A stretch of 64,000 bases of DNA from positions 2,196 through 66,195 of the forward strand of contig CAUUZE010000001.1 in the NCBI GenBank assembly GCA_963549665.1, given 5' to 3'. The position numbers and the translations under genes are program-made. Below are positions 37,350-48,099 of this stretch, in pieces (within the stretch, counting starts at the first letter, position 1; every line of letters starts with the position of its first letter). A model generated the notes under the pieces. That model did not search any database, was not told where the DNA came from, and saw only the letters and a list, made by a program, of their open reading frames with translations. This DNA is from Campylobacter concisus. GTDB lineage: Bacteria > Campylobacterota > Campylobacteria > Campylobacterales > Campylobacteraceae.

Positions 37350-38657
37350 TTATAGGTGGTCAGTTGGAGCAACAGTTATAGGCTCAAGTGGCATATAAAA
37401 TGTCGTTGCTTGAGGTTCTGCGTATTTATTGCCAGCCTCATCGACTGATGAAGCTTGAACTGTGTACTCAAAATCTCTATTGTTTAAAACACTACTTTCG
37501 ACTTTCCAGTTGCCATCAGCATCAGCCTTAGCGCTTAGCTCTTCGACTACTTGAGCTGCTTTACCTAGCCAAGAGTTACCTAAGCCATCACGATTAATAA
37601 TATCAGCTGTTTTAATAACCAAATTTATTTCAGCAAATGGCTCTGCTTTGCCCTCTATGGTCGGTGAAAAGTCATATTGTTTATTGCTATCATACATTGT
37701 GTTATAGTGTGACAGGTCAGAAAAGTCATCAGTAGATATTTTTGTGATAGACAAGGTGCTATTGTCTGTATCAACAGTGATCTCTTGCGTGCTTGTAGCT
37801 TTTAGCTCTTCGCCGTTTGCAGCTACTTTGCTAGCTTCAATCGTAAATTTATGATCTCCATCAGCTAAAGGCGAAGTTGGTGTGTATGACCAGTTGCCAT
37901 CATTATCAGTAGTTGTTGTGCCAAGCAGTGGTGCATTTTCACCTTCGCCATCAAATATGCTTATAGTAGCGTTTGAAGTAGCCTTACCTACCAAAGTTGG
38001 AGTGTTATCGTTTGTGATATGCAGACCAGTTCTTTGTGAATTTTCATGCTCTAAGATATTGCCCTCGATGTCAAGGTTGCTGCTTACTGCCTGATCTGTA
38101 TTACCAGTCACTACGTTATCATCCACTGCTGTAACAGATACTTCTAGTGGCTGCGGCGATATATTGTTATATGCATTATCTATCGCAGCCGCAAGCGTAT
38201 CAAGACTAAAGCCCTCCTCGCTTGTGCCACCGCTTACATTTGTAAAAGCCTCTGCGCTAGCGTTTGCTTGAGAGCCTAGATCGCCAAAATTCGCATTGAT
38301 GTTTGACTCATGACCGCCATTTGCAAAGCCAGCAGCGCCAAGGCTCACGCCATTCGAACTTACTCCACCTGCTGATTGAGTACCGCCAGCTGCAGTCTCT
38401 TCAAGATCAGAGATATTTTTACCATTTAATAATTGCTCTTGTAGTGATGCTATCTCTTTGCCAGCCTCATCACTAGCATTTTCATTTTGAGTTTGCGCAG
38501 CTTGCACCTCGACCTTTACGCCGTCTTGCTCTTTTATGACCTCGTTGTCATAGATCACGTCGCCTGCTTTTAGAGTTCTTTGATTTCCATTAGCATCAAC
38601 TGCGACGATGGCATCTGTGCCGATTATTGATTTTATTAATCCTTTAACTTTACTCAT
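37350..38657 (-). CDS. Retention-module-containing protein with two Ig-like (Big) domains
   Basis: LapA-type N-terminus (GNQRTLKAGDVIY, EETAAGG); TNDNTPTLVG and DGNWSYTP Ig motifs. Confidence 0.8.
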   Translation of the reverse strand: MSKVKGLIKSIIGTDAIVAVDANGNQRTLKAGDVIYDNEVIKEQDGVKVEVQAAQTQNENASDEAGKEIASLQEQLLNGKNISDLEETAAGGTQSAGGVSSNGVSLGAAGFANGGHESNINANFGDLGSQANASAEAFTNVSGGTSEEGFSLDTLAAAIDNAYNNISPQPLEVSVTAVDDNVVTGNTDQAVSSNLDIEGNILEHENSQRTGLHITNDNTPTLVGKATSNATISIFDGEGENAPLLGTTTTDNDGNWSYTPTSPLADGDHKFTIEASKVAANGEELKATSTQEITVDTDNSTLSITKISTDDFSDLSHYNTMYDSNKQYDFSPTIEGKAEPFAEINLVIKTADIINRDGLGNSWLGKAAQVVEELSAKADADGNWKVESSVLNNRDFEYTVQASSVDEAGNKYAEPQATTFYMPLEPITVAPTDHL

Positions 38658-38909
38658 AACATTTCCTTTTTATGTTTTTAGTTTTTATGCTGCAATTATA
38701 AGTAAATATTTTAGTTCTTTACTATTGTACTTTGGTACAGTTGTGACATTTTAGAAATATGAAGTTATAAATTTTTTAGTTAAATTTAGTAATAGCTTGC
38801 CGTATTTTAGGGATTTAGTTTAAAAATTTAAAAACAGCAGAGTTACAAAAAATATTTTTAAATTTTATTTTTTTAGTTTTTTTGTGTTTTGGGGAATTTG
38901 ATATAAAAA

Positions 38910-38985
38910 TGGTGGCCCCGAATGGACTCGAACCATCGACCACTACCATGTCAAGGTAGTGCTCTACCAACTGAGCTACGGGACC
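38910..38985 (-). tRNA. tRNA-Val(GAC)
   Basis: GGTCCCGTAGCTCAGTTGGTAGAGC...TTGACAT...GGTTCGAGTCC...ACCA, 76 nt. Confidence 0.97.
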
Positions 38986-39209
38986 AAAGATTTGGGATTA
39001 TATTTTATTTTCCATTTTATTTAGCTTAATTGCCATTTTCTTTAAAATTTAACTTTATAAAACTAGTCTATATTTTAGCACTCTAAAATATTATTAATGC
39101 AGATTTAATCAAGCAAGGACTATAATTTCATAAAAATAAGTTTAAGCAAAAATATTAGTTTTTCATTGAAATTTGATGTTTATAAAATTTTAAAAGAAAG
39201 GAAAAGGGT

Positions 39210-39647
39210 ATGAATAAGCTTAAATTCATCGCTATTTTTGCCTGTTTATTTTCGCTTCATCTCTTTGGCGCCGATATGCCAAAGGGCGATCTAAACGTCA
39301 CAAAAGTAGCAGTCTCTGATGAGCTAAGAGCCAAGTATAAGATCAAACCTCATCATGAACACCTAAGCTTTGACTGCGTTGATTGTCACCAAAACCAAGG
39401 CGATGATCCTAGCAAATTTAAAGCGATCGGCGACGCTGGCTGCCTATCCTGTCATAAGAGCAAAAAGCTCTTAGCCCAGAGGCTAAAATTTATGGATACT
39501 CTAAAGGCAAATCCTCACAACTCTGTTCACGATGGTCCGACTTTGTACTGCGACGAGTGCCACAACGAGCACAAACCATCTACAAACATGTGCTCTGAGT
39601 GCCATGAACACGAGGTGCCACAATGGATGAACGGAGTAACACCATGA
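39210..39647 (+). CDS. Periplasmic tetraheme cytochrome c (c3-like)
   Basis: Signal peptide and four CxxCH. Confidence 0.9.
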   Translation: MNKLKFIAIFACLFSLHLFGADMPKGDLNVTKVAVSDELRAKYKIKPHHEHLSFDCVDCHQNQGDDPSKFKAIGDAGCLSCHKSKKLLAQRLKFMDTLKANPHNSVHDGPTLYCDECHNEHKPSTNMCSECHEHEVPQWMNGVTP

Positions 39648-40348
39648 AAATTTCAAAAAAATTACTAGCGCTTATAATCTTCATAAGCGGAATTGTTGGA
39701 TTTTTAGTCGTTCTGCCAGTTCATTACGCGCTTGATGAGACGAGTGGGGATAAATTCTGCATCGTTTGCCACGAGATGGATCCTATGGTGATCGCTTACA
39801 ACGACGACATCCACAGCGGCAAGGGCAAAACTGGTATCAAAGCAAGATGTGTGGATTGTCACATACCGCATGACAACATCGCAAAATACGCCCTAACAAA
39901 GGCGAAAAACGGCATTTTAGAGGGCTGGGTGCATTTCTTTGGCGATCCTAGTGCGATTGACTGGCACAAAAACCTCAAAAACCGCGAGCATTTTGTCTTT
40001 GACAACGGCTGCACAAGCTGCCACACAAACGTGATAGATAGCAACAACACTTCAGCGCAAGCTCAAAAGATGCACGCTCACTACAAAAGGCTCCTTGACA
40101 CTCCTAAAGAGCTAAAATGTGTAAGCTGCCACTACGATGCAGGTCACAGCGCTGGCTTTAGAAACTATCTTGAGTACTGGAAGCCGTCATATAAAATTTA
40201 TGATAAAAAGATGCTTGAAAAGAGGATCGAAACTAAACAAAAATTCTTCAAAGATGAGTACAAACCTACAAAAGACGAAGAGGAATTTTTAAAACAAAAG
40301 GCTGAAAAAGACGCTAAAAAACCAGCTGGTGGCGGTCTAGCTGGCTGA
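39644..40348 (+). CDS. NapC/NirT family tetraheme quinol dehydrogenase
   Basis: TM anchor, FCIVCHEM, four CxxCH. Confidence 0.92.
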   Translation: MKISKKLLALIIFISGIVGFLVVLPVHYALDETSGDKFCIVCHEMDPMVIAYNDDIHSGKGKTGIKARCVDCHIPHDNIAKYALTKAKNGILEGWVHFFGDPSAIDWHKNLKNREHFVFDNGCTSCHTNVIDSNNTSAQAQKMHAHYKRLLDTPKELKCVSCHYDAGHSAGFRNYLEYWKPSYKIYDKKMLEKRIETKQKFFKDEYKPTKDEEEFLKQKAEKDAKKPAGGGLAG

Positions 40349-40994
40349 CGAAGAAGATCTTGCTGCTCTCAAGCGACTTTGAGCAAAATGTCATCCTAAA
40401 TGCATCGCTTTACCGCTTTGGGTTTAGGATGATGCAGCTAAAAAGCGCGTGCTCAGTCATCAAGGACTTTGAGCGCGGCAACAGATATGATCTGTATGTT
40501 TTTGACGTAAAGGCTAGAAATTTAAACCTTGATCTGGTTAAATTTATAAGAGATAGCCAAAACATCACCCCCATTATGCTTTTGTTAAATGAGAGCACCC
40601 TTGGCGTTTTTAAGAGGATTTACTACGCTAGGGTTAATGATTTTATCATTAAGCCATTTTGTCCTGAAGAGTTTTTATTTCATGTTTTTAGGCTTTGCAA
40701 GGTGCTTTTAGGCTCTAAATTTGAGCTAAAAAAGGCTTAGTCTTTGACAAAGACTCCCTTTGCGTAAGAAAAGAGAGCGAGGTCATCTACCTTGGCAAAA
40801 AAGAGAGCCAGCTGCTTGAAATTTTATGCAAAAACTCACCCCATGTCGTCACCTACGACGAGATAGATCACCACCTATATAAAAACGAAACTTTATCGCA
40901 AGACCGCATAAGATCGCTCGTGCGAGAGATAAGAGCTAAGATACCAACTATCTGCCTAAAAACCGTGCGAGGCACTGGATATAAGGTAGAGTAA
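40348..40994 (+). pseudogene. OmpR-family response regulator, frameshifted
   Basis: Receiver ORF stops at 40740; winged-helix (LGKKESQLL...TVRGTGYKVE) continues in another frame after an A6 run at 40728-40733. Confidence 0.8.
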
Positions 40995-41030
40995 GAGGAA
41001 TAGCCTAGAAAATAAAAAAGCTAAAAATCT

Positions 41031-42164
41031 CTAGTTTTTATATCCAACAACTATACTCATAAGCTTTTTGTTTTGTTTATTTATATCAAATTTTTCTTCT
41101 GCAATTTTTCTACTTTCAATGCCCATTTGAATTATCATTTCCGGATTTTCTACAAAGTACATCATTTTTTGCGCCAACACATCGCTATTGTATGGCGGTA
41201 CTAAAAAGCCATTTACGCCATCCTTGACCGTTTCTCTGCATCCAACAGTATCTGTTGTTATAACAGCTCTTCCTATTGCCATCGCCTCTTGCGAACTCCT
41301 TGGCACACCCTCTCTATATGACGGCAAGACAAATACCGAACTATTTGTGATCCAATCTTTTATATTATTTGCGTATCCTGGGAAAATGACAATTTCATCA
41401 TTAAGATAAGGCCTTAGCTCTTCTTTATTTAATCCAAATGGATTATTTTCTTCAAAACCACCTAATATATAAAAAATTACATCCTTATATTTATCTTTAA
41501 CCATTTTAGCGGCTTTTAAATATTCAAAAATACCCTTTTCTGTAAGCAATCTACCTATAAATATAAAACTAACGGGATCACTTGTTGCTTTAGAGTATGA
41601 AAATTTTTCCAAATCAACACCTATGCCACCCAGTATATTGACACTTTTTGCATTTATATTATAAGTATCTATTAGCTCTTTTTTATCATCGTTATTTAAA
41701 AAGATAAGTTCATCAAGAAGTGGTAAGGAAATTTTATATAGAAAAATCTGTATTGCCTTGATAATTTTCGCCTTTTTTGTTTGACCGCTCTTGTGGACAG
41801 TAAAAGCCCCACCAAGTCCTTCTATCATACCAACTATTCGTGGCACTCTTGCTATTTTTGCAGCTATAGTTGCAAAAATGACTGGCTTAACAAAAAAAGA
41901 AAAAACTACATCTGGTCTATGCTGCCTAAATAGCCTAATCAAATCAAACGTAGCAATAGCGTCTTTAAATGGATTTAAACCTTTTGCATTTAAAGTATAG
42001 TCAAGTGGGATTGCACCAAAAGAGCTTATTTTTTCTCTACTTTTTCTATCGTAGTCACTAACCAAGCAATAAACTTCATGTCCATTTAATACAAGCATTT
42101 TAATAAATTCTTTTCTAAAATTTATCATCGTGGAGGCGAGATTGCCGATTATAAAAATTTTCAT
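41031..42164 (-). CDS. Glycosyltransferase family 4
   Basis: FIGRLLTEKG, PSYREGVPRSSQEAMA. Confidence 0.93.
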   Translation of the reverse strand: MKIFIIGNLASTMINFRKEFIKMLVLNGHEVYCLVSDYDRKSREKISSFGAIPLDYTLNAKGLNPFKDAIATFDLIRLFRQHRPDVVFSFFVKPVIFATIAAKIARVPRIVGMIEGLGGAFTVHKSGQTKKAKIIKAIQIFLYKISLPLLDELIFLNNDDKKELIDTYNINAKSVNILGGIGVDLEKFSYSKATSDPVSFIFIGRLLTEKGIFEYLKAAKMVKDKYKDVIFYILGGFEENNPFGLNKEELRPYLNDEIVIFPGYANNIKDWITNSSVFVLPSYREGVPRSSQEAMAIGRAVITTDTVGCRETVKDGVNGFLVPPYNSDVLAQKMMYFVENPEMIIQMGIESRKIAEEKFDINKQNKKLMSIVVGYKN

Positions 42165-43207
42165 AGCATCTCCAAAAAAAAGTTTTTATAAGGTTGCCAA
42201 TAATGAATGGCATAAAACGAGTAGTTATACCAAATATAAAAGATCAAAAAATTTTCTATTATGATTAAAAATGCTAAGGTAAATTTTAACTTTATCTCTA
42301 GTCTTTCTAGAAAAATACTAAAAATTACGATATCAAAAAAAATAAAATATAAACCGAGTCTATCTGCTAAAGTAGATAAAAATATGGACAAAAACATAGC
42401 CACAACTATTAAAATGGATAGCTCATCGAATAATATATAATTTATATTTTTACTATTTTTTATATCATTTCTCATAAATATATATAAGATAAGAGGAATA
42501 ATATGGACAGTAATCCTAATAAGTCCACCTTTGGAATAGTGCATATCAGATAAATATAAAAATTTTATCTTGCTGATATACCCAGTAAAAATATCAAATT
42601 TAAAACATATCAATGCAAGAACAAGAAAAAATACTATACCCATACAAACTTTTTTTATATCAACTTGTCTTAAATATAGCAATGGTAAAAATATCAGTAA
42701 TATAGCAATAGACTTATGAAATAAACTACCAATTAAAATAAAAATTATGGATTTAAAGTTATGATTTCTTGCCATAAAGTACATCGCGACAAAACCAAAT
42801 CCTATTGCAACACTTTGTCTAGTATATCCCATAGCTACCACCGTAATACCATAAGGAAATGCAACAAGCAATCCAGCAAAAGGATATCTAAATCTAGTTA
42901 CAAGGAAAAATAAGCAGCTTAAGAATAAAAAGGCGCAGCATAAATTTACAAAAATGATCCCATGTTGCGTAGAGATATTTTTTCCAATTAGACTTAAAAA
43001 TTCATATCCGAGATCAGTTCTTGCATCTTTATAAAATATTTCATATAAATAATAATTCCAGTCGCCACCAATCTCGTATCTTGCACCAATAAACAATATT
43101 AAGAATAGATAGAGCACAACTAATGCTATTTTGTTAAAGCGTAAAAATTTAGTCAGATCTAACACTAAAAATGTTGATATGTAAGCAAATATTACAAAAT
43201 AAAGCAA
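42161..43207 (-). CDS. wzy: EpsG-family polysaccharide polymerase (Wzy)
   Basis: Multi-TM, RYEIGGDW, RQSVA, FHKS. Confidence 0.8.
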   Translation of the reverse strand: MLYFVIFAYISTFLVLDLTKFLRFNKIALVVLYLFLILFIGARYEIGGDWNYYLYEIFYKDARTDLGYEFLSLIGKNISTQHGIIFVNLCCAFLFLSCLFFLVTRFRYPFAGLLVAFPYGITVVAMGYTRQSVAIGFGFVAMYFMARNHNFKSIIFILIGSLFHKSIAILLIFLPLLYLRQVDIKKVCMGIVFFLVLALICFKFDIFTGYISKIKFLYLSDMHYSKGGLIRITVHIIPLILYIFMRNDIKNSKNINYILFDELSILIVVAMFLSIFLSTLADRLGLYFIFFDIVIFSIFLERLEIKLKFTLAFLIIIENFLIFYIWYNYSFYAIHYWQPYKNFFLEML

Positions 43208-43216
43208 TAAATTTTC

Positions 43217-44197
43217 CTAATTATTTTTCAAAGAAAGAAAAATCCTTTTTGCAAAAACAAAAATTTGAGGACACCCCAAAAATACAGAACCGTATAAAAT
43301 TTTGTAAACGAAATTTCTATTTATTTTAAAAACATATTTTATATGATTTGCCTCTGGACATATAGCATTTATATGATTTTTAAAGTTGCTGTCCGAATAA
43401 TCCAAAATAAACTTTAAAATTGCAGGGATATGATATTTAAAATATTCATCAAAAAGACCTCTCTGCAGTAGGAAATTCCTTACGGCTTTACTAAACTCAG
43501 CAAAATCCTCAAGAGCTTTTTTATTATTTGAGAAACTATTAGAAAGTGAGTTGGGATTTGTTCTATAATGATAAAATGGCCTTGCAATGTGAGTAATTTT
43601 TTTTGCTTCATAAAAAAGCTGCAAATTTACAAAACTATCCTCACAATGTGAAAAATGCGGAAAATCAATATTTTTATAAAGCTCCCTTTTAACTAATTTA
43701 TCACACATAGAAACAGAAATCTCATGAGATAAAATAGCTTTTACAAATTCCAAATTTAACTTTGGATGATTCTTTGTATAAAAAAAACTTTTTATAACAC
43801 TTTTTTTACTAAATTCTTTAATGTAGTCAAAACAAACGATATCTGCATCGCTTTTTTTAGCTTCATATATCAAAGAGCTTACCATATCTCTATCGACCCA
43901 GTCATCACTATCTACATGTAAAATGTATTTACCGCTTGCTATTTTCAACCCACTTTTTCTAGCTTGCGGTAAGCCTTCATTTTTTATTTTATTAATGATT
44001 TTTACATGGTTTTTTCTGTTTGGGTATCTTTCTATCGTATTTTCTAAAATTTTCATAGATTTATCTGGCGTGCAATCATTTACAAAAACATACTCTATAT
44101 TGTCATAATCTTGCTCTAAAATCGTAACTGCACAATTTTCTATATATTTTTCCACATTATAAATGGGTACTATTATGGATACATCGTGGTCTTTCAT
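43217..44197 (-). CDS. Glycosyltransferase family 2
   Basis: VSIIVPIYNVEKY, VDSDD. Confidence 0.92.
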   Translation of the reverse strand: MKDHDVSIIVPIYNVEKYIENCAVTILEQDYDNIEYVFVNDCTPDKSMKILENTIERYPNRKNHVKIINKIKNEGLPQARKSGLKIASGKYILHVDSDDWVDRDMVSSLIYEAKKSDADIVCFDYIKEFSKKSVIKSFFYTKNHPKLNLEFVKAILSHEISVSMCDKLVKRELYKNIDFPHFSHCEDSFVNLQLFYEAKKITHIARPFYHYRTNPNSLSNSFSNNKKALEDFAEFSKAVRNFLLQRGLFDEYFKYHIPAILKFILDYSDSNFKNHINAICPEANHIKYVFKINRNFVYKILYGSVFLGCPQIFVFAKRIFLSLKNN

Positions 44198-44201
44198 TTG
44201 C

Positions 44202-44960
44202 TTATCTCTGCATTTTTCCAAAATTTTTAATAAGTCTTAAAACAAATAGGATAGTTTGTAAAAATTTGTTTTCACCCATCACTACTTGAACTCTATAAAA
44301 TTCACAAAGAGCTCCTAATATATCAACACTGCTGACTCCATCATTTGAAAATTTACCAACCACACTTTTTAGTATTTTTATCTGAGCTCCACAATTTGCA
44401 ACAGTCAATACAAATAGCTGATCTGCCGCTATTGGAAATTTTCTAGAATAGTATCCAAACTTTTGATGGAGACTTGTACGATATATTGAGCCAACAGCAT
44501 GCCCTGAAATATAGTGAAATTGTCCTTTAAGCCATTTTGGACCACTATTTGGCTCGATTTTGCCATTATTAGTATCGATATAAGCTGTTATTATGTCTAC
44601 ACCATCTTCTATAGCTTCCTTATAATTTTGAATAGCATTTGGATAAAGTTCATCATCAGCACCAATAACAAGGTAGAATTCTCCGTTACAAGCCTTTATA
44701 CCTCTATTTAAAGCGTCATAAATCCCAAAGTCCTCTCCAGAAATAACTTTTATATTTATTCCTTCGGTGCTTTTTAAAATTTCTAAAGTCTTGTCGCTAG
44801 ATGCTCCGTCAGAAACGATCCACTCAAAATCTTTATCGGTTTGCTCTTGCAGACCTTTTATCACTTTAGGCAAGAATTTTTCTGCATTGTAGGTTGCGGT
44901 AATTACACTAAGTTTAGTCGGTTTTTCATAATAGTTTTTATAGTATATCTTTTGGGTCAT
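44202..44960 (-). CDS. Glycosyltransferase family 2 (WcaE-like, possible fucosyltransferase)
   Basis: SVITATYN, DGASSD, GIYDALNRG, GADD. Confidence 0.88.
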   Translation of the reverse strand: MTQKIYYKNYYEKPTKLSVITATYNAEKFLPKVIKGLQEQTDKDFEWIVSDGASSDKTLEILKSTEGINIKVISGEDFGIYDALNRGIKACNGEFYLVIGADDELYPNAIQNYKEAIEDGVDIITAYIDTNNGKIEPNSGPKWLKGQFHYISGHAVGSIYRTSLHQKFGYYSRKFPIAADQLFVLTVANCGAQIKILKSVVGKFSNDGVSSVDILGALCEFYRVQVVMGENKFLQTILFVLRLIKNFGKMQR

Positions 44961-44989
44961 AAAAAATCCTGTAAAAATAAGACGTTAAC

Positions 44990-46132
44990 TCATGATCCTA
45001 TTATTTCTATAATATTATTTTTATATGCTTCATAATCAAAACTATTTATTTTTAAGTATCCCAATGAAGCTTTTTCTTCCAGTAATGCACTATCGTTTAA
45101 ATACATAATCATTTTTTCAGCTATATCATTCTCATTATTTGGATCAAATAATAATCCAGCTTCACCAACTTGTTCGGGCAATGCTACAACATTAGAACAA
45201 CAAACCGCGACCTTTAATGAAAATGCTTCGTATATAGGAATGCTAATACTCTCAAAAAGTGTGGGCATAACTAAAAATTTAGACATCTTGTATAAAAATG
45301 GAAGATCAGAATAATCTATATATCCAAGATAAACAATATTATTTTCTAATTGTAGCTCTTGTATCCTTCGATCCACACTTTGGAAATTATTTTGTTTTGA
45401 CCCAGTGAAAACTAATTTTAAATCATTAAATTCTTTTTTAACAATACCAAAGGCTTCTAATAATTTTATATGGTTCTTGTGTGGCCAAAATTGAGCAGGA
45501 TAAAAGATATACTCTTCGGGAAGGTTGTACTTCTCTTTTATAATTTTATACAAATTTGCATCTATGGTACTACTGTTAAAGCACTTTGGAGGTGGTGATT
45601 GGACTACTTGTACCTTATTAGGATCAATACCTAAAAATTTTACGATATCATTTTTTACAAATTGAGACTCACATAAAATTTTATCTGCTGTTTTTGACAA
45701 AGCCCTATTATTTAGCCATCTAAGGATTTTATCCTTTGTTGTAAAAAAATGCGGATAATATCTCTCCTGCATATCATGTAAAGTAAAAACAAAAGGCTTA
45801 TTCAGATAAAAATGCGGATATAAAGATATAGCAGGAGAAATGAATTTATCTATATCAGAAAAGATATTCTTTTCATAATCGGTAAAAAAGAATGGTTTTC
45901 TAATAAGCAAAAGAGTCTGCAATGCTCTTATTAGCTTATAAAAAAAGATATTTGGACTTTTTATTTTTCTTACCTCCATTTTATACTCATCAAAACTTCT
46001 GTTATTGGTATTAGTAAATATAATATATGTATTACCCTTATCTCTTGAAAGAGCATCTATAATAGAATGCGTATACTGATAAACGCCACCGCTTTTTGGA
46101 TTCGCAAAAGCAAGAATACCAATTTTTTTCAT
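44990..46132 (-). CDS. Glycosyltransferase family 4 (possible perosamine/mannosyl transferase)
   Basis: YPAQFWPHKNH, PTLFES..IPIYEA. Confidence 0.88.
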   Translation of the reverse strand: MKKIGILAFANPKSGGVYQYTHSIIDALSRDKGNTYIIFTNTNNRSFDEYKMEVRKIKSPNIFFYKLIRALQTLLLIRKPFFFTDYEKNIFSDIDKFISPAISLYPHFYLNKPFVFTLHDMQERYYPHFFTTKDKILRWLNNRALSKTADKILCESQFVKNDIVKFLGIDPNKVQVVQSPPPKCFNSSTIDANLYKIIKEKYNLPEEYIFYPAQFWPHKNHIKLLEAFGIVKKEFNDLKLVFTGSKQNNFQSVDRRIQELQLENNIVYLGYIDYSDLPFLYKMSKFLVMPTLFESISIPIYEAFSLKVAVCCSNVVALPEQVGEAGLLFDPNNENDIAEKMIMYLNDSALLEEKASLGYLKINSFDYEAYKNNIIEIIGS

Positions 46133-46875
46133 TTCACTTTCCATCTAATTCTCATAGAATGTGCTAGTAAATTAGGGGCTAAATTAACTGTATATTTATT
46201 TGAGATTAGTCTTACAATAAATTTTAGTATTTTATTACCTATATAACCAGTTGCGCCATAGCTTACTTTATCAACTATTAGCCCTAGTTTCTCACCCATC
46301 TCAAGAACATCTTTTGGTCTAAAAAAACGTATGTGATCATAATTATAACTTCTAAACTTCTTATAATTATCAATTCCATAGCATAAATTGTCCAAACTAA
46401 TAACGCTACCTGTAAATAAAATTTTTAATCTATCCAGAAAATCAAAATAAAGAGAAACACTAACTATGACATACCCCCCCCCAGCATCTATATCATTATT
46501 GTCTCGCATTATTAGTTTCACCGACTCTTCAAGCAATCTCATCGGATCAAATACATGTTCTAATACATCTAATAATACAATATTAAAACGTTCGTTTATA
46601 TTTAAGGACTCTGAAATATCTTTTTTATAAATCTTAAATCCTCTATCCAAAAGAACTTTTAATGCTTCGTTGTTAATCTCAACCCCAGATACACTAAATC
46701 CTTTTTTAACAAGTTCATAACTAACACTACCGTATCCGCAGCCTATATCCAAGAATTCTTCATTGCCATAAAGTTTTGGCAACATATCTTCTATCTTGGA
46801 AAAAGAGTTATTTTGCATATCTATTTTAGATAACTCCTTGTAAAAATCATTATAGTAACTCTCAAATACAGCCAA
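46129..46875 (-). CDS. Class I SAM-dependent methyltransferase with G9 tract
   Basis: LDIGCGYG, DVLEH; C9 on plus strand at 46474-46482. Confidence 0.88.
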   Translation of the reverse strand: MAVFESYYNDFYKELSKIDMQNNSFSKIEDMLPKLYGNEEFLDIGCGYGSVSYELVKKGFSVSGVEINNEALKVLLDRGFKIYKKDISESLNINERFNIVLLDVLEHVFDPMRLLEESVKLIMRDNNDIDAGGGYVIVSVSLYFDFLDRLKILFTGSVISLDNLCYGIDNYKKFRSYNYDHIRFFRPKDVLEMGEKLGLIVDKVSYGATGYIGNKILKFIVRLISNKYTVNLAPNLLAHSMRIRWKVK

Positions 46876-46908
46876 AAAATATCCTTTTTATATAATTGTT
46901 ATAAAATA

Positions 46909-48009
46909 TTACTTTTCGTATAAAATTTCTTTTATAGTTTTACATATAGATAAAACTTGCTCTTTTGTGATATCAAAAAAACTTGGCAAATTAAGTCCTG
47001 TCTTATAAATATTATGAGCATTATAAGTATTTACGCTATCAAAAATAGGCATGTCTGATAATGGATAAAAATATGGTCTTCCATCAATACCTTTTTCTTT
47101 TAGCTTTACCAAAAAATCATCCCTTTGTTTTTCTGTATAGTCCAATATTTCTAGACATATCATCCAATAAACATTTTTTATGCCTGCCCGAGTTCTGTTT
47201 AATGAAATGTTTTCAGCGTCAAATAACCCTTCTTTATACCATTCAAATATCTCAATCCTCTTTTGTATTAGGTCATTTATTCTCCTCAATTGAGCTAGCC
47301 CAAGTGCCGCTTGAAGATTTGTCATACGATAATTAAATCCTACTTCGGTATGCCAGTATCGTTTTTCTGAACTCATTGCATGATCTCTTAAGAATTTTAA
47401 TCTTTCATAGAGATCCTTATTGCTAGTAGTAATCATACCGCCTTCCCCAGAAGTTATAATTTTATTACCATAGAAACTAAAAACACCTACATCACCAAAA
47501 CCACCAACACGTCTTCCGTCTATCTCTGCACCATGAGCTTCAGCTGCATCCTCTATAACTAAAAGATTATTTTCTTTAGCTATTTTATTTATTTTATTCA
47601 TATCCGCCGGATGCCCATAAAGATGGACTGGGATAATTGCCCTTGTGTTTTTAGTGATAGCTTTGCTGATACCATTGGCATCCATACAAAGGGTATCTGG
47701 ATCAATATCAACAATTACTGGTTTAGCATTCACATATTTTATGACATTTCCAGTTGCAACAAAAGTTAGATCCGGGATAATCACTTCGTCGTCTTTACCA
47801 ATACCCAGTGCAACTAAACTTAAATGCAAACCAACCGTAGCGTTTGAAACAGAGAGAGCATATTTTGTCCCACAAAAAGATGCAAATTCATTCTCAAATT
47901 TAGTAATGTATTCACCAAGCGAAGATACCCATCCTGATCTCACAGCGTCATTCACATAGTCTATCTCAAGCTGTGTAATAGATGGTTGTGATATAGGTAT
48001 AAAGTTCAT
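46909..48009 (-). CDS. per: DegT/DnrJ aminotransferase, GDP-perosamine synthase-like
   Basis: SGWVSS, EDAAEAHG, SFYGNKIITSGEGG, GFNYRMTN; gmd in locus. Confidence 0.85.
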   Translation of the reverse strand: MNFIPISQPSITQLEIDYVNDAVRSGWVSSLGEYITKFENEFASFCGTKYALSVSNATVGLHLSLVALGIGKDDEVIIPDLTFVATGNVIKYVNAKPVIVDIDPDTLCMDANGISKAITKNTRAIIPVHLYGHPADMNKINKIAKENNLLVIEDAAEAHGAEIDGRRVGGFGDVGVFSFYGNKIITSGEGGMITTSNKDLYERLKFLRDHAMSSEKRYWHTEVGFNYRMTNLQAALGLAQLRRINDLIQKRIEIFEWYKEGLFDAENISLNRTRAGIKNVYWMICLEILDYTEKQRDDFLVKLKEKGIDGRPYFYPLSDMPIFDSVNTYNAHNIYKTGLNLPSFFDITKEQVLSICKTIKEILYEK

Positions 48010-48099
48010 TTTACCATTTTCCTTTCCTTTTTGATTATTTTATCCAAAAAATAAACTCTAATAAGTATAAAAACCGTTGATACTGCAATCTTGACTGCA

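Noticed and set aside
38910..38985. tRNA-Val as an integration site
   Set aside because: No integrase or duplicated tRNA 3' end seen; the prophage is transposase-based
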